From Nanopusillaceae archaeon (GTDB lineage Archaea > Nanobdellota > Nanobdellia > Nanobdellales > Nanobdellaceae): 32,000 bases of DNA. Below, piece after piece: positions 7,953 to 16,307 of this stretch. The notes beneath the pieces are model-generated. The model worked only from the letters and a program-made list of their open reading frames with translations, was not told the origin of the DNA and did no database searches. The DNA is taken from positions 1 through 32,000 of the forward strand of contig JBMFJD010000001.1 in NCBI GenBank assembly GCA_049974095.1, read 5' to 3'. Made by a program: the position numbers and the translations under genes. Position 1 is the first letter of the stretch. Each line of letters begins with the position of its first letter.

Positions 7953-8471
7953 ATGAAATCTATTCATATTTATATAGAATATATTTTGATAATATTATTA
8001 TCTGCATTTGCCTTTTACTTATTATATAATTGGTGGATAAATAATAGAATATATGCAATTAATTTCTATAATCAAAATAAATTTGAATATGAAGCAAAAT
8101 ATATTGGAGATATAATTTATAATTTACAAAATGATTATTTTTATGATATTCAATTAAATTTGAAAGGATATAAAATATTTTGTATGGATAATTTAACAAT
8201 AATTCAATCAAATAACTTTTGTAAAACTACATTAAATAATATCACATATCAAGGTCCTGTATTTTCTTCAAATAATTTATATTATGTTTATTATCCAATT
8301 CTAAATGGATATTATATATTAGAATATAAAGAAAATTCAATATTGTACGGATGCTACGCAAATTATTTATCAATAGTATTATTTACAAATAATTGTTCAG
8401 GAATATGTGAAGGAAATTGCATATTAAATTTACAAAAAAATGGAACTATTATTAGTAGTTATATAACATGA
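7953..8471 (+). CDS. N-terminally anchored, Cys/Asn/Tyr-rich extracellular protein; possible pilin-like subunit
   Basis: MKSIHIYIEYILIILLSAFAFYLLY is a short basic leader followed by a Glu-containing hydrophobic helix. The rest of the protein is charge-poor with 8 Cys. It is the first gene of the pilus-ATPase cluster and a paralogue of 15031..15645 (shared C-x-G-x-C-x-[IL]-N-[IL]-x-K motif). Confidence 0.4.
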   Translation: MKSIHIYIEYILIILLSAFAFYLLYNWWINNRIYAINFYNQNKFEYEAKYIGDIIYNLQNDYFYDIQLNLKGYKIFCMDNLTIIQSNNFCKTTLNNITYQGPVFSSNNLYYVYYPILNGYYILEYKENSILYGCYANYLSIVLFTNNCSGICEGNCILNLQKNGTIISSYIT

Positions 8472-8707
8472 GAAATCAATTATTATTAGAACAGGTATTA
8501 TTTATATTGTTAATTATACTATTTATTTCCCTTTCTATAATATTTTATCATAATTTTTTATCAAATATATATGAAAAAAATCAACTAATAAAAATACAAA
8601 TAAATAATGAAATAAGGGAAAATACTTTACTAAATAATCAATCAAATTTGATCTATTATTATGGTTATTACCAGAATGTAGGAACAATTATAATTAAAAA
8701 TTCCTAA
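8468..8707 (+). CDS. Small pilin-like protein (noncanonical class III signal-like N-terminus)
   Basis: The N-terminus is MRN|QLLLEQVLFILLIILFISL. If it is processed after Asn3, Gln sits at +1 and Glu at +5, as in euryarchaeal QxSxE-type prepilins. Position -1 is Asn rather than Gly/Ala. The start overlaps the upstream gene at an ATGA junction. Confidence 0.35.
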   Translation: MRNQLLLEQVLFILLIILFISLSIIFYHNFLSNIYEKNQLIKIQINNEIRENTLLNNQSNLIYYYGYYQNVGTIIIKNS

Positions 8708-8722
8708 GTTTTTCATATATTT

Positions 8723-10270
8723 ATGAAAAAGATTTCTGTTGAAGAGATATTAAAATATTTTGATGAGGAAGTTAAAAGAGAAAGCTATATTCCAAATATA
8801 AAATTTGACGATAAATCAAAAATTGATATAATTTATCCATTAATTTCAAAATTTGCATATGCACATATTTATTATGATGTAATTTCTGAAGAAATTATTT
8901 ATGAATTATTAGAACCCGAATTATCCGATGAAGAAAAAATATTAATAAATAAGATAAAAGAATTTATTTTAGATGAAATGTATAAAAATCCTGAAAGTTT
9001 TCTAAATAAAGATCCAAAATACATTTTAATTAAAAAATTGGAAGAATTTACAAAGAAATTTAAACTAAATATAGATAAAGAAGATTTCTTAAAATATTAT
9101 TATTATCTTTGGAGAGATATGCTAGGATTAGAAAAAATAGAACCTTTATTCTATGATATATTTATAGAAGATATATCATGTGATGGATATGATATTCCAA
9201 TATATGTTCATCATAATAAATTTGGAATATTAAGGACAAATATTATATTTACAAGAGAAGAATTAGATAGATTTGTTGTAAAATTAGCACAAAAGACAGG
9301 AAGACATATTTCATATGCGGAACCATTATTGGATGCTACATTACCAGATGGGTCTAGAATTAATATTACATATACTCAAGAAATTACAACAAGAGGTCCT
9401 ACTTTTACAATAAGAAAATTCAAAAAGCAAATGTTATCATTAGTAGATTTAATAAAATTAAATATGCTAGATGAAAAAATTGCTGCATATTTATGGACAT
9501 TAATAGAAGGAAGAGCAAATATATTAATCGCAGGTTCTACTTCTTCTGGAAAAACAACGTTATTAAATGCTATTGCTCAATTTATTCCTCCAGAAGCAAA
9601 AGTAATTTCAATTGAAGATACGAGAGAATTACAATTGTATCATGATAATTGGATACCTTCAACAACAAGAAGGGGATTCTTTATTGGAGAGAAATATTAC
9701 GGAGAAATAAATATGTATGATTTACTAGCAGAATCTTTTAGACAAAATCCAGACTATGTAATTGTTGGAGAAGTTAGAGGACAGGAAGCATATGTAATGT
9801 TCCAAGGCATGGCATCTGGACATGCTGCTTTATCTACAATACATACAGATACGTGGAGATCATTAATTAGAAGATTAACTACTCCACCAATTAATTTATC
9901 AATTGATCAATTTGCATTATTAGATGCAGTAATATTTACAATTAGAGCAAGAAATATTTCTCCATCTGCAAGAAGGATTAGAGAAATAATTGAAGTTGGA
10001 AAATATAAAGACAATAAAATTGAAGAAGAAACTGTTGTAAGATGGAATTTCTCAGAAGATAATTTTGAAATAGGAGAATTAGGAAAATATGCAGAAGAAT
10101 CTTTAAAATATAGAATGGGATATGAAAAACCTTTTGAAGAATCTATAAAAGAAAAGGAAAAAATAATAAAATATTTAGTTAAAAGGGATATAAGAGATCA
10201 AAAGAAAATAGCAGATTATATAAAGTTATATTATACAGATAAAGAATCTCTATTAGAAAAAATAAAATGA
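8723..10270 (+). CDS. Type II/IV secretion-family ATPase (FlaI/ArlI / archaeal PilB-like)
   Basis: Walker A is GSTSSGKTTLLNA. Other family motifs are TFTIRKF, DYVIVGEVRGQEAYVMFQGMASGHAALSTIH (Walker B and His box). The 515-aa length is typical of FlaI-like ATPases. Confidence 0.9.
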   Translation: MKKISVEEILKYFDEEVKRESYIPNIKFDDKSKIDIIYPLISKFAYAHIYYDVISEEIIYELLEPELSDEEKILINKIKEFILDEMYKNPESFLNKDPKYILIKKLEEFTKKFKLNIDKEDFLKYYYYLWRDMLGLEKIEPLFYDIFIEDISCDGYDIPIYVHHNKFGILRTNIIFTREELDRFVVKLAQKTGRHISYAEPLLDATLPDGSRINITYTQEITTRGPTFTIRKFKKQMLSLVDLIKLNMLDEKIAAYLWTLIEGRANILIAGSTSSGKTTLLNAIAQFIPPEAKVISIEDTRELQLYHDNWIPSTTRRGFFIGEKYYGEINMYDLLAESFRQNPDYVIVGEVRGQEAYVMFQGMASGHAALSTIHTDTWRSLIRRLTTPPINLSIDQFALLDAVIFTIRARNISPSARRIREIIEVGKYKDNKIEEETVVRWNFSEDNFEIGELGKYAEESLKYRMGYEKPFEESIKEKEKIIKYLVKRDIRDQKKIADYIKLYYTDKESLLEKIK

Positions 10271-11100
10271 ATTATTTAGTTAAAAAGTTATATCCATATT
10301 TTAGAAATAAAAAATATGATATTTATTATACTCAATTCAAAGTATCTATTGAAGAATATATAAAAATTACAATAGAATATTCTTTTTTATTCTCATTATT
10401 ATCTTTCCTGTCTTTAACATTTGTCTTTATCTTTTTCTTAAAATTCTACAACATTATTTTATTTCTAGTTAGTTTGTTTTTTGGAATTTTTGTAGGAATA
10501 TCTATTTTTGCATATTTTTATTTTTATCCGGATATGGCAAAAGCAGATTATATAAAGGAAATAGATGATAATTTACCATTTTTTGCATTATATTTCTATT
10601 CATATTCTGGTTCTGGAATGAATTTGATTGATATATTTAGATTATTAAATAAAGAAAAAAGATTTGGAGCAATAAATAAAGAAATATCCTATTTTTTATC
10701 ATTAATAGATATATTTGGATATGATATATTATCTGCATTATTAAATTTGGCAAATAAAACACCATCAGAAAAATTTAAGGAATTTCTATTTGGATTAATA
10801 TCTGTAATTAGATCTGGAGGGTCTTTAAGAGATTATGCAAAAATATATGCAAAAGAACAAATTGAAGAATATGAAATACAATTAAAATCTTATAATGAAA
10901 AAGCAAATCTTTGGGTTACCTTATATGCATTTTTCTTTATAACATTTCCAATTGTTCTATTAATTTTAGCATTTTTATTTTCATTTGCTTCAGGTAATAT
11001 CTCAATATTAGATTCCCTAACATTTTTCTTTGTTATAATTATACCATTTTCATATATAGCTTATTTATATATGATCCATATATATCAACCAAAAATATAA
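10267..11100 (+). CDS. FlaJ/TadC-like polytopic platform protein, single T2SSF domain (half the usual archaeal length)
   Basis: It is coupled to the ATPase gene by an ATGA overlap. The layout is N-terminal TM helices, a cytoplasmic helical domain (LPFFALYFYSYSGSGMNLIDIFRLL...GGSLRDYAK) and C-terminal TM helices. Its 277 aa compare with roughly 550 aa for two-domain FlaJ/PilC. Confidence 0.7.
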   Translation: MNYLVKKLYPYFRNKKYDIYYTQFKVSIEEYIKITIEYSFLFSLLSFLSLTFVFIFFLKFYNIILFLVSLFFGIFVGISIFAYFYFYPDMAKADYIKEIDDNLPFFALYFYSYSGSGMNLIDIFRLLNKEKRFGAINKEISYFLSLIDIFGYDILSALLNLANKTPSEKFKEFLFGLISVIRSGGSLRDYAKIYAKEQIEEYEIQLKSYNEKANLWVTLYAFFFITFPIVLLILAFLFSFASGNISILDSLTFFFVIIIPFSYIAYLYMIHIYQPKI

Positions 11101-11934
11101 TTACTTCAATATTTGCATATCTTTTACATACATGTCTTCTAACCTATCTATTATTTTCCTAAGATCCCTTTCATCTTTATAAAAATATTCGATTCTATAA
11201 TCCATTCTACCAACCAATTTCTCCATATTATTTACCCTTATCTTATTTATTTCTTTTATAAACTCTTTATTTTTCTTTATAGACAAATATATAACGGCTC
11301 TTTTATATCCATATATTTCTGGATTAATATTTATAGAATATCCTCTTATTATACTTCTTTCATATTCTTTTATGATATTTCTTAACTTAATATAATCTAT
11401 ATTCAAAATTTTAGATAAATAAATTAATGGTTTTCTAAGATTTTTCTCATAAACTTTAATAAAATTCCAAAAGAAATTTTTATCTACATCTATTTCTTTA
11501 TCTTCTTTAAATTCCTTCATTTTAACTTCTAAAAAGTTATATGGAATTACTATTTTATCTCTTATAAATAATTCTACTTCAAATCCACTTTCTTTTAGAT
11601 AATTAATTATATACTTTATATTTCTTAGATCATATGAAAGGATTAAAATGTCATAATAGTTATAAAATACACTATAATTTCTCATTCCAAATATTCTAGG
11701 TATTTTTATCCTTTCAATTCCCTTTGCCAGTATTCTAAATGATTGAAAACCTATTTTTTTCCATCTAACTGCAACAGTATAATTAAATGCTCCTATTTTC
11801 TCTAGCTTTTTTATTCTATAATCAACAAAGGATTTTGACCTTCTTACCATTTCTGATAAATATGATAGAGGATATCGGGAATTTTCTATCAATAATTTTG
11901 TGATTTCTATATCAAATTTGTCCAATTTTTTCAT
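11101..11934 (-). CDS. Lrp/AsnC-family transcription regulator, tandem double module
   Basis: The track start at 11988 is a TTG. I prefer the ATG at complement of 11932-11934, which gives MKKLDKFDIEITKLLIENSRYPLSYLSEMVRRSKSFVDYRIKKLEKIGAF (HTH_AsnC pattern). A second HTH-plus-effector-like half follows (LRKPLIYLSKILNIDYIKLRNIIKEYERSIIRGYSININP). The stop codon abuts the stop of the convergent 10267..11100 gene with no spacer. Confidence 0.55.
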   Translation of the reverse strand: MKKLDKFDIEITKLLIENSRYPLSYLSEMVRRSKSFVDYRIKKLEKIGAFNYTVAVRWKKIGFQSFRILAKGIERIKIPRIFGMRNYSVFYNYYDILILSYDLRNIKYIINYLKESGFEVELFIRDKIVIPYNFLEVKMKEFKEDKEIDVDKNFFWNFIKVYEKNLRKPLIYLSKILNIDYIKLRNIIKEYERSIIRGYSININPEIYGYKRAVIYLSIKKNKEFIKEINKIRVNNMEKLVGRMDYRIEYFYKDERDLRKIIDRLEDMYVKDMQILK

Positions 11935-12035
11935 ATATTTTCTGTATATTTTAAAAATATTTTTATAAATTTTTATCATTTTGTACAAAAATTTGTCAAA
12001 TATATTCTTTCATAGACTAAAATAAATTATAAAAC

Positions 12036-12560
12036 ATGGAGGTCAAAGGAATAATATTGGTAGAACCAAAGAATCCTGTAAACGTAGGAACAATTGCCAG
12101 AACAATGGCAGCATTTGGAATAGAGAAATTAATAATAATATCAAATAAAGAAAAATTCAAAGAAATATCTGAAAAAGCCAGAAAAGTTTCAATGGGAGGT
12201 GTTCATGTATTGGAAAATGCTGAAATATATAGTTCATTAAAAGAAATAAATGGTAAAAAAATAGGTACAATTAGTATACATGATAATAAAAAATATAGAT
12301 TCAAATTTATTCCTATAAATAAATTAAAATATTTAAAAGGAGATTATTACTTAGTATTTGGAAGAGAGGTTAATGGATTAACATATGAAGAATTAAAAAT
12401 TTGTGATTTAATATCTACTATACCAACAAACGATAAATATGGTATATTAAATCTAGCAGTATCTGCAATAATATATATGTACGAATTAAATAAAAATAAA
12501 TTTTTAGATCTAGCAAAATATCAAAATAAATATAATATATTAAAAACCCTTAGAATCTAA
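12036..12560 (+). CDS. SPOUT (SpoU/TrmH/TrmJ-like) RNA 2'-O-methyltransferase
   Basis: Recognised from ILVEPKNPVNVGTIARTMAAFGI, LVFGREVNGLT and LNLAVSAIIYMYEL, the knot-region pattern of SpoU methyltransferases. Confidence 0.75.
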   Translation: MEVKGIILVEPKNPVNVGTIARTMAAFGIEKLIIISNKEKFKEISEKARKVSMGGVHVLENAEIYSSLKEINGKKIGTISIHDNKKYRFKFIPINKLKYLKGDYYLVFGREVNGLTYEELKICDLISTIPTNDKYGILNLAVSAIIYMYELNKNKFLDLAKYQNKYNILKTLRI

Positions 12561-14761
12561 TGAACGCCTTCAGGTATACCTTTTCTTTTCCTTATAGAAT
12601 CTATTATTTGTTGTTGCAAATCCTTTGGTACTTTTTCAAATAATTGATCTTCTAAGAACCATGCACCTTTTCCAGATGTCGCAGATCTTAATTCATCTGT
12701 AAATCCAAACATATTTGCTACAGGTACTTTTGCTTTTATTATTGCTCTTTCTTCTTCAACATTCATTTCCAATATTTGTCCTCTTCTAGATTGTAATATT
12801 GATGTAACATCTCCAACAGTTTCTGGCAGAGTATCAATTCTAATAATTTGTAATGGTTCATATAATGTTGGCTGCTCCAATATTGCTTCTTTTATTGCAT
12901 CTTTTGTTGCAGGAATAATTTGAGCAGGACCTCTATGTATTGCATCTTCATGTAATACTGCATCAATTAATTTTACTCTCATCATAATTGCAGGTTCCCA
13001 TGCCAAAGGTCCCTGATCCATTACTTCCTTAAATCCTTCTACAATATATTCAATTACTTCTGGTAAATGAACAATACCTCTTGTCATATCAATTAATACA
13101 TTTCCGTTCCATACCATTATAATTCTTCTAGCTTCTTCTTTATCAAATCCTATTTCATTAAATACTTTCCATAAATCTTCTTTCTTTATTCTTCCTTCAG
13201 GTATTTTTCCTTCCCTTATATATTCCCTTAATTTTTCATATATCCCTGGAGGCATTGGTTCAATCTGGAAATATAATTTATTATGTTTATTTGGAGATTT
13301 ACCTTCATGTATTTGTGTTACATTATTTACAGATTCTCTATATACAACAATTGGCTCTCCAACTTTTATTGGTATTCCAAAATCATTTTGTACTCTATAT
13401 TCAATAATTTGTAAATGTAAATCTCCTAATCCAGATACTAATATCTCTCCTGTATCCTTTCTTTGTTCTACTTTTATTGTTGGATCTTCTCTTTTTATTA
13501 ATTCTAATGTTTCAATTAATTTTGGTAAATCATTTGGATTTTGTGGTTCAAATGATTTTGTAACTACAGGTTCTAACCAATGTTTTAATTCTTCAAATGT
13601 TTCTACAGATTTTGGATCTTGTACTTTTCCAACAATTGTTTCTCCAGGATATAATCCTCTAATTCCAACTAATGCAATGATATTTCCTGCTTTTACAGCA
13701 TCTACATTTATTCTTTGTATTCCTTTCCATATAGCAACTTGTTGTATTTTTATTTGTCTATTTGCCTGTAATAAATATACATCATCTCCTTTACTTAATG
13801 TTCCAGAAAATATTCTAGCAGTTGCAATTTCTTGTTTTGATATCTTATCAATTATAACATTTGTTACATTAATTACTATTGGTCCATTTGGATCTAAATT
13901 TACCATTGCTTTTCCTACATCAGAATTTATATCTCCTTTCCATATATGTTGAATTCTGTATTTTTGTGCTTCAACTGGGGAAGGTAAATGTCTAATTACA
14001 ATATCCAATATAACTTTTGCTACAGGTGCTTTTTTTCTCATTTCTTCTTTTAATTTTTCCTTATCTTCTTCATATTTTTGATATATATCAATAATATCTT
14101 TGAATGAAACATTATAATTTTTCATAAATGGAACAGATAATGCCCAATGGAATTTTGCAGAACCAAATGCAACAGATCCATCATTTACATTTACCAACCA
14201 TTTACCCTTAAGTTCTGGAGGAGAATATTTATCGATTAACTTATTTACTTCAATAACAATTTTCCCTATTTTTTCCATAATTTGCTGAGGAGTTAATTTT
14301 AATTCTGTAATTGCCCTATCAGCTTTATTTATAAATAATACTGGCTTTACATATTCTTTTAAAGCAGTCCTTAATACAGATTCTGTCTGAGGCATTACTC
14401 CATCTACAAAATCTACAACTACAACAGCACCATCAATTGCTCTAGCAGCTCTTGTAACTTGTCCTGAAAATTCTACATGTCCTGGTGTATCAATCAAATT
14501 AATTAAATAATCTTGTCCTTCATATTCATGTACCATAGAAACTGCAGCCCCATATACGGTTATTTCTCTTTCTCTTTCTGTTTCATGCCACCATGTAAAC
14601 ATAGCTTCTCCTGCTAATTCTTCTGCAAGCATTCCTGCACCTGCTAATAAAGAATCAGTTAATGTTGTCTTTCCATGATGTATATGTGCTATTATTCCTA
14701 TATTTCTTATATTATTTGGATTATTCATAACTTGCAATACCCTTTCAGTTAAAGTCGCCAT
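12557..14761 (-). CDS. fusA: Translation elongation factor 2 (aEF-2)
   Basis: GTPase motifs are AHIHHGKTT, DTPGHVEF and NKAD. The diphthamide-site loop HEDAIHRGPAQ is present. The product is 734 aa. Its stop overlaps the convergent SpoU gene's stop (12557-12560). Confidence 0.97.
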   Translation of the reverse strand: MATLTERVLQVMNNPNNIRNIGIIAHIHHGKTTLTDSLLAGAGMLAEELAGEAMFTWWHETEREREITVYGAAVSMVHEYEGQDYLINLIDTPGHVEFSGQVTRAARAIDGAVVVVDFVDGVMPQTESVLRTALKEYVKPVLFINKADRAITELKLTPQQIMEKIGKIVIEVNKLIDKYSPPELKGKWLVNVNDGSVAFGSAKFHWALSVPFMKNYNVSFKDIIDIYQKYEEDKEKLKEEMRKKAPVAKVILDIVIRHLPSPVEAQKYRIQHIWKGDINSDVGKAMVNLDPNGPIVINVTNVIIDKISKQEIATARIFSGTLSKGDDVYLLQANRQIKIQQVAIWKGIQRINVDAVKAGNIIALVGIRGLYPGETIVGKVQDPKSVETFEELKHWLEPVVTKSFEPQNPNDLPKLIETLELIKREDPTIKVEQRKDTGEILVSGLGDLHLQIIEYRVQNDFGIPIKVGEPIVVYRESVNNVTQIHEGKSPNKHNKLYFQIEPMPPGIYEKLREYIREGKIPEGRIKKEDLWKVFNEIGFDKEEARRIIMVWNGNVLIDMTRGIVHLPEVIEYIVEGFKEVMDQGPLAWEPAIMMRVKLIDAVLHEDAIHRGPAQIIPATKDAIKEAILEQPTLYEPLQIIRIDTLPETVGDVTSILQSRRGQILEMNVEEERAIIKAKVPVANMFGFTDELRSATSGKGAWFLEDQLFEKVPKDLQQQIIDSIRKRKGIPEGVH

Positions 14762-14783
14762 TTACTATTTTAATTTAAAATAT

Positions 14784-14791
14784 TTTATAAA
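14784..14791 (-). promoter_or_regulatory. Putative TATA box (TTTATAAA) for the EF-2 gene
   Basis: The octamer lies 23-30 nt upstream of the ATG at 14761. Confidence 0.4.
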
Positions 14792-14815
14792 TTATAAAAG
14801 GAAAGAATTAAAAAA

Positions 14816-15001
14816 TTATTCTTTTGTAATTTCTAATTCAAATCCCGGTGCTTTGAATCCTACTGCTCTATGATGCCCATCACAAAATGGTTTCTTTTCC
14901 GAATAGCCACATCTACATAGATGATATACTGGTTTTCCATCAACTAAAATTTCATATGGCCCATTTTCATATCCTTTTATAACAACTTTTGCCATAAACA
15001 T
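14816..15001 (-). CDS. CDGSH-type [2Fe-2S] iron-sulfur domain protein
   Basis: CRCGYSEKKPFCDGHH matches the CDGSH signature C-x-C-x2-S-x3-P-x-C-D-G-x-H. Confidence 0.85.
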   Translation of the reverse strand: MFMAKVVIKGYENGPYEILVDGKPVYHLCRCGYSEKKPFCDGHHRAVGFKAPGFELEITKE

Positions 15002-15030
15002 TTATAAAAAAATATTCTTAAAAATATTAA

Positions 15031-15645
15031 ATGAGAACGAATATCAAACTAATTATTTCTGGAATATTATCATTATTTGCTTTGTTTTTTCTTCTAAGTT
15101 TATCAAATATAAATAATTATCAAATAAAAAATGTTGCTTTGAATATAAATAATCAAAAAATAAGTGCAAAACAAATTTATTTTAATATTTATGGTTGTTA
15201 TGAATTATACTCAAATAATAGTTATTTTATAATTTATCCTATTGAATCTGCATTAAATTTTGAAATAATTCCTAAAGAATATATTAATACTTCTAAAATA
15301 ATTATATGTAACGAAAATGTTATATATAATAAAGAATTAGAAATTTGCACCCCAACATTTTGTCCAATGATATGTAATATTGAAGGATGCTATCCTTGTC
15401 ATCCAACATGTTATAATGAAACATTTTATATAAATATTTCATATCCTGTAATAATTATTACAAATTCCTTTAATTATAATATTTCTAATATAAATTTAGC
15501 TATTTTAGATACTTATGTGGTTAAATATAACAATAATTTATATTGTATTGGCCAATGTAATATAAATATAATTAAATTACCAGATAATTATTTGTATAAT
15601 TTAATATCAGAAATTATTAATAGTATTCCTATTATAACGGTATGA
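15031..15645 (+). CDS. N-terminally anchored, Cys-rich extracellular protein (paralogue of 7953..8471)
   Basis: The N-terminus is MRTNIKLIISGILSLFALFFLLSL. The protein has 12 Cys, including CTPTFCPMICNIEGCYPCHPTC, is rich in N/Y/I and carries many N-x-S/T sequons. The C-terminal LYCIGQCNINIIKL resembles SGICEGNCILNLQK of 7953..8471. Confidence 0.5.
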   Translation: MRTNIKLIISGILSLFALFFLLSLSNINNYQIKNVALNINNQKISAKQIYFNIYGCYELYSNNSYFIIYPIESALNFEIIPKEYINTSKIIICNENVIYNKELEICTPTFCPMICNIEGCYPCHPTCYNETFYINISYPVIIITNSFNYNISNINLAILDTYVVKYNNNLYCIGQCNINIIKLPDNYLYNLISEIINSIPIITV

Positions 15646-16307
15646 ATTTAACAGTATTATATTCTGGAGGAAAAGATTCAAATTATTCATTATATATTTC
15701 ATCAAAATACCATAAAATTTCTTGTTTATTAAATATAATTCCTGAAAATAATGAAAGTTATTTATACCATTATATAAATTTTGATATAACAAAATTACAA
15801 TCAAAAGCGCTAGAAATTCCTTTAGAAACATTTTATGTAAATAAAGATGAAGAAAAAACATTAGAAGACGCATTAAAATATTTAAAAGAGAAATATAATG
15901 TTGGGGGAGTTGTAACTGGAGCAATAAGATCAATATATCAGGCAACAAGATTTCAAAAAATATGTAAAAAACTAAATTTATGGTGCTTTAATCCTATTTG
16001 GTTAAAAAATGAAAAAGAATATTTGTTTGAATTATTAAAAAATAATTTTGAATTTATAATTACAGGATGGTATACATATCCGCTGGATATAAATATTTTA
16101 GGAAAAGAAGTGAATGAAGAAATAATAAATAAATTAATTGAATATGGAGAAGAATATAAAATAAATATTGCTGGAGAAGGAGGAGAATATGAAACAACAG
16201 TATTATATCAACCTTTATTTAAGAAAAAAATTATAATAGATGATTATGAAATAAGGGTAGAAAAAAATTATGCAGAATATATAATTAAAAAAGCTCATTT
16301 AGAATGA
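15642..16307 (+). CDS. dph6: Diphthine--ammonia ligase (Dph6 / MJ0570-type PP-loop ATPase, DUF71)
   Basis: The PP-loop is VLYSGGKDSNYSLY. NESYLYH, TGAIRSIYQ and IAGEGGEYETTVL are hallmarks of the Dph6/MJ0570 family. Confidence 0.8.
   Translation: MNLTVLYSGGKDSNYSLYISSKYHKISCLLNIIPENNESYLYHYINFDITKLQSKALEIPLETFYVNKDEEKTLEDALKYLKEKYNVGGVVTGAIRSIYQATRFQKICKKLNLWCFNPIWLKNEKEYLFELLKNNFEFIITGWYTYPLDINILGKEVNEEIINKLIEYGEEYKINIAGEGGEYETTVLYQPLFKKKIIIDDYEIRVEKNYAEYIIKKAHLE

Noticed and set aside
7953-11100. Calling this cluster an archaellum (fla/arl) operon.
   Set aside because: There is no archaellin (FlaB), no FlaH RecA-like gene and no recognisable FlaF/FlaG signatures. The platform protein has a single domain. 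I therefore call it generically type IV pilus-like.
12557-14761. AHIHHGKTT in the EF-2 G1 motif (His where Asp is usual in VDHGK), considered as a functional anomaly.
   Set aside because: It is a single conservative-context substitution in an otherwise complete, full-length EF-2. I cannot judge its significance without an alignment, so it is not raised as a finding.
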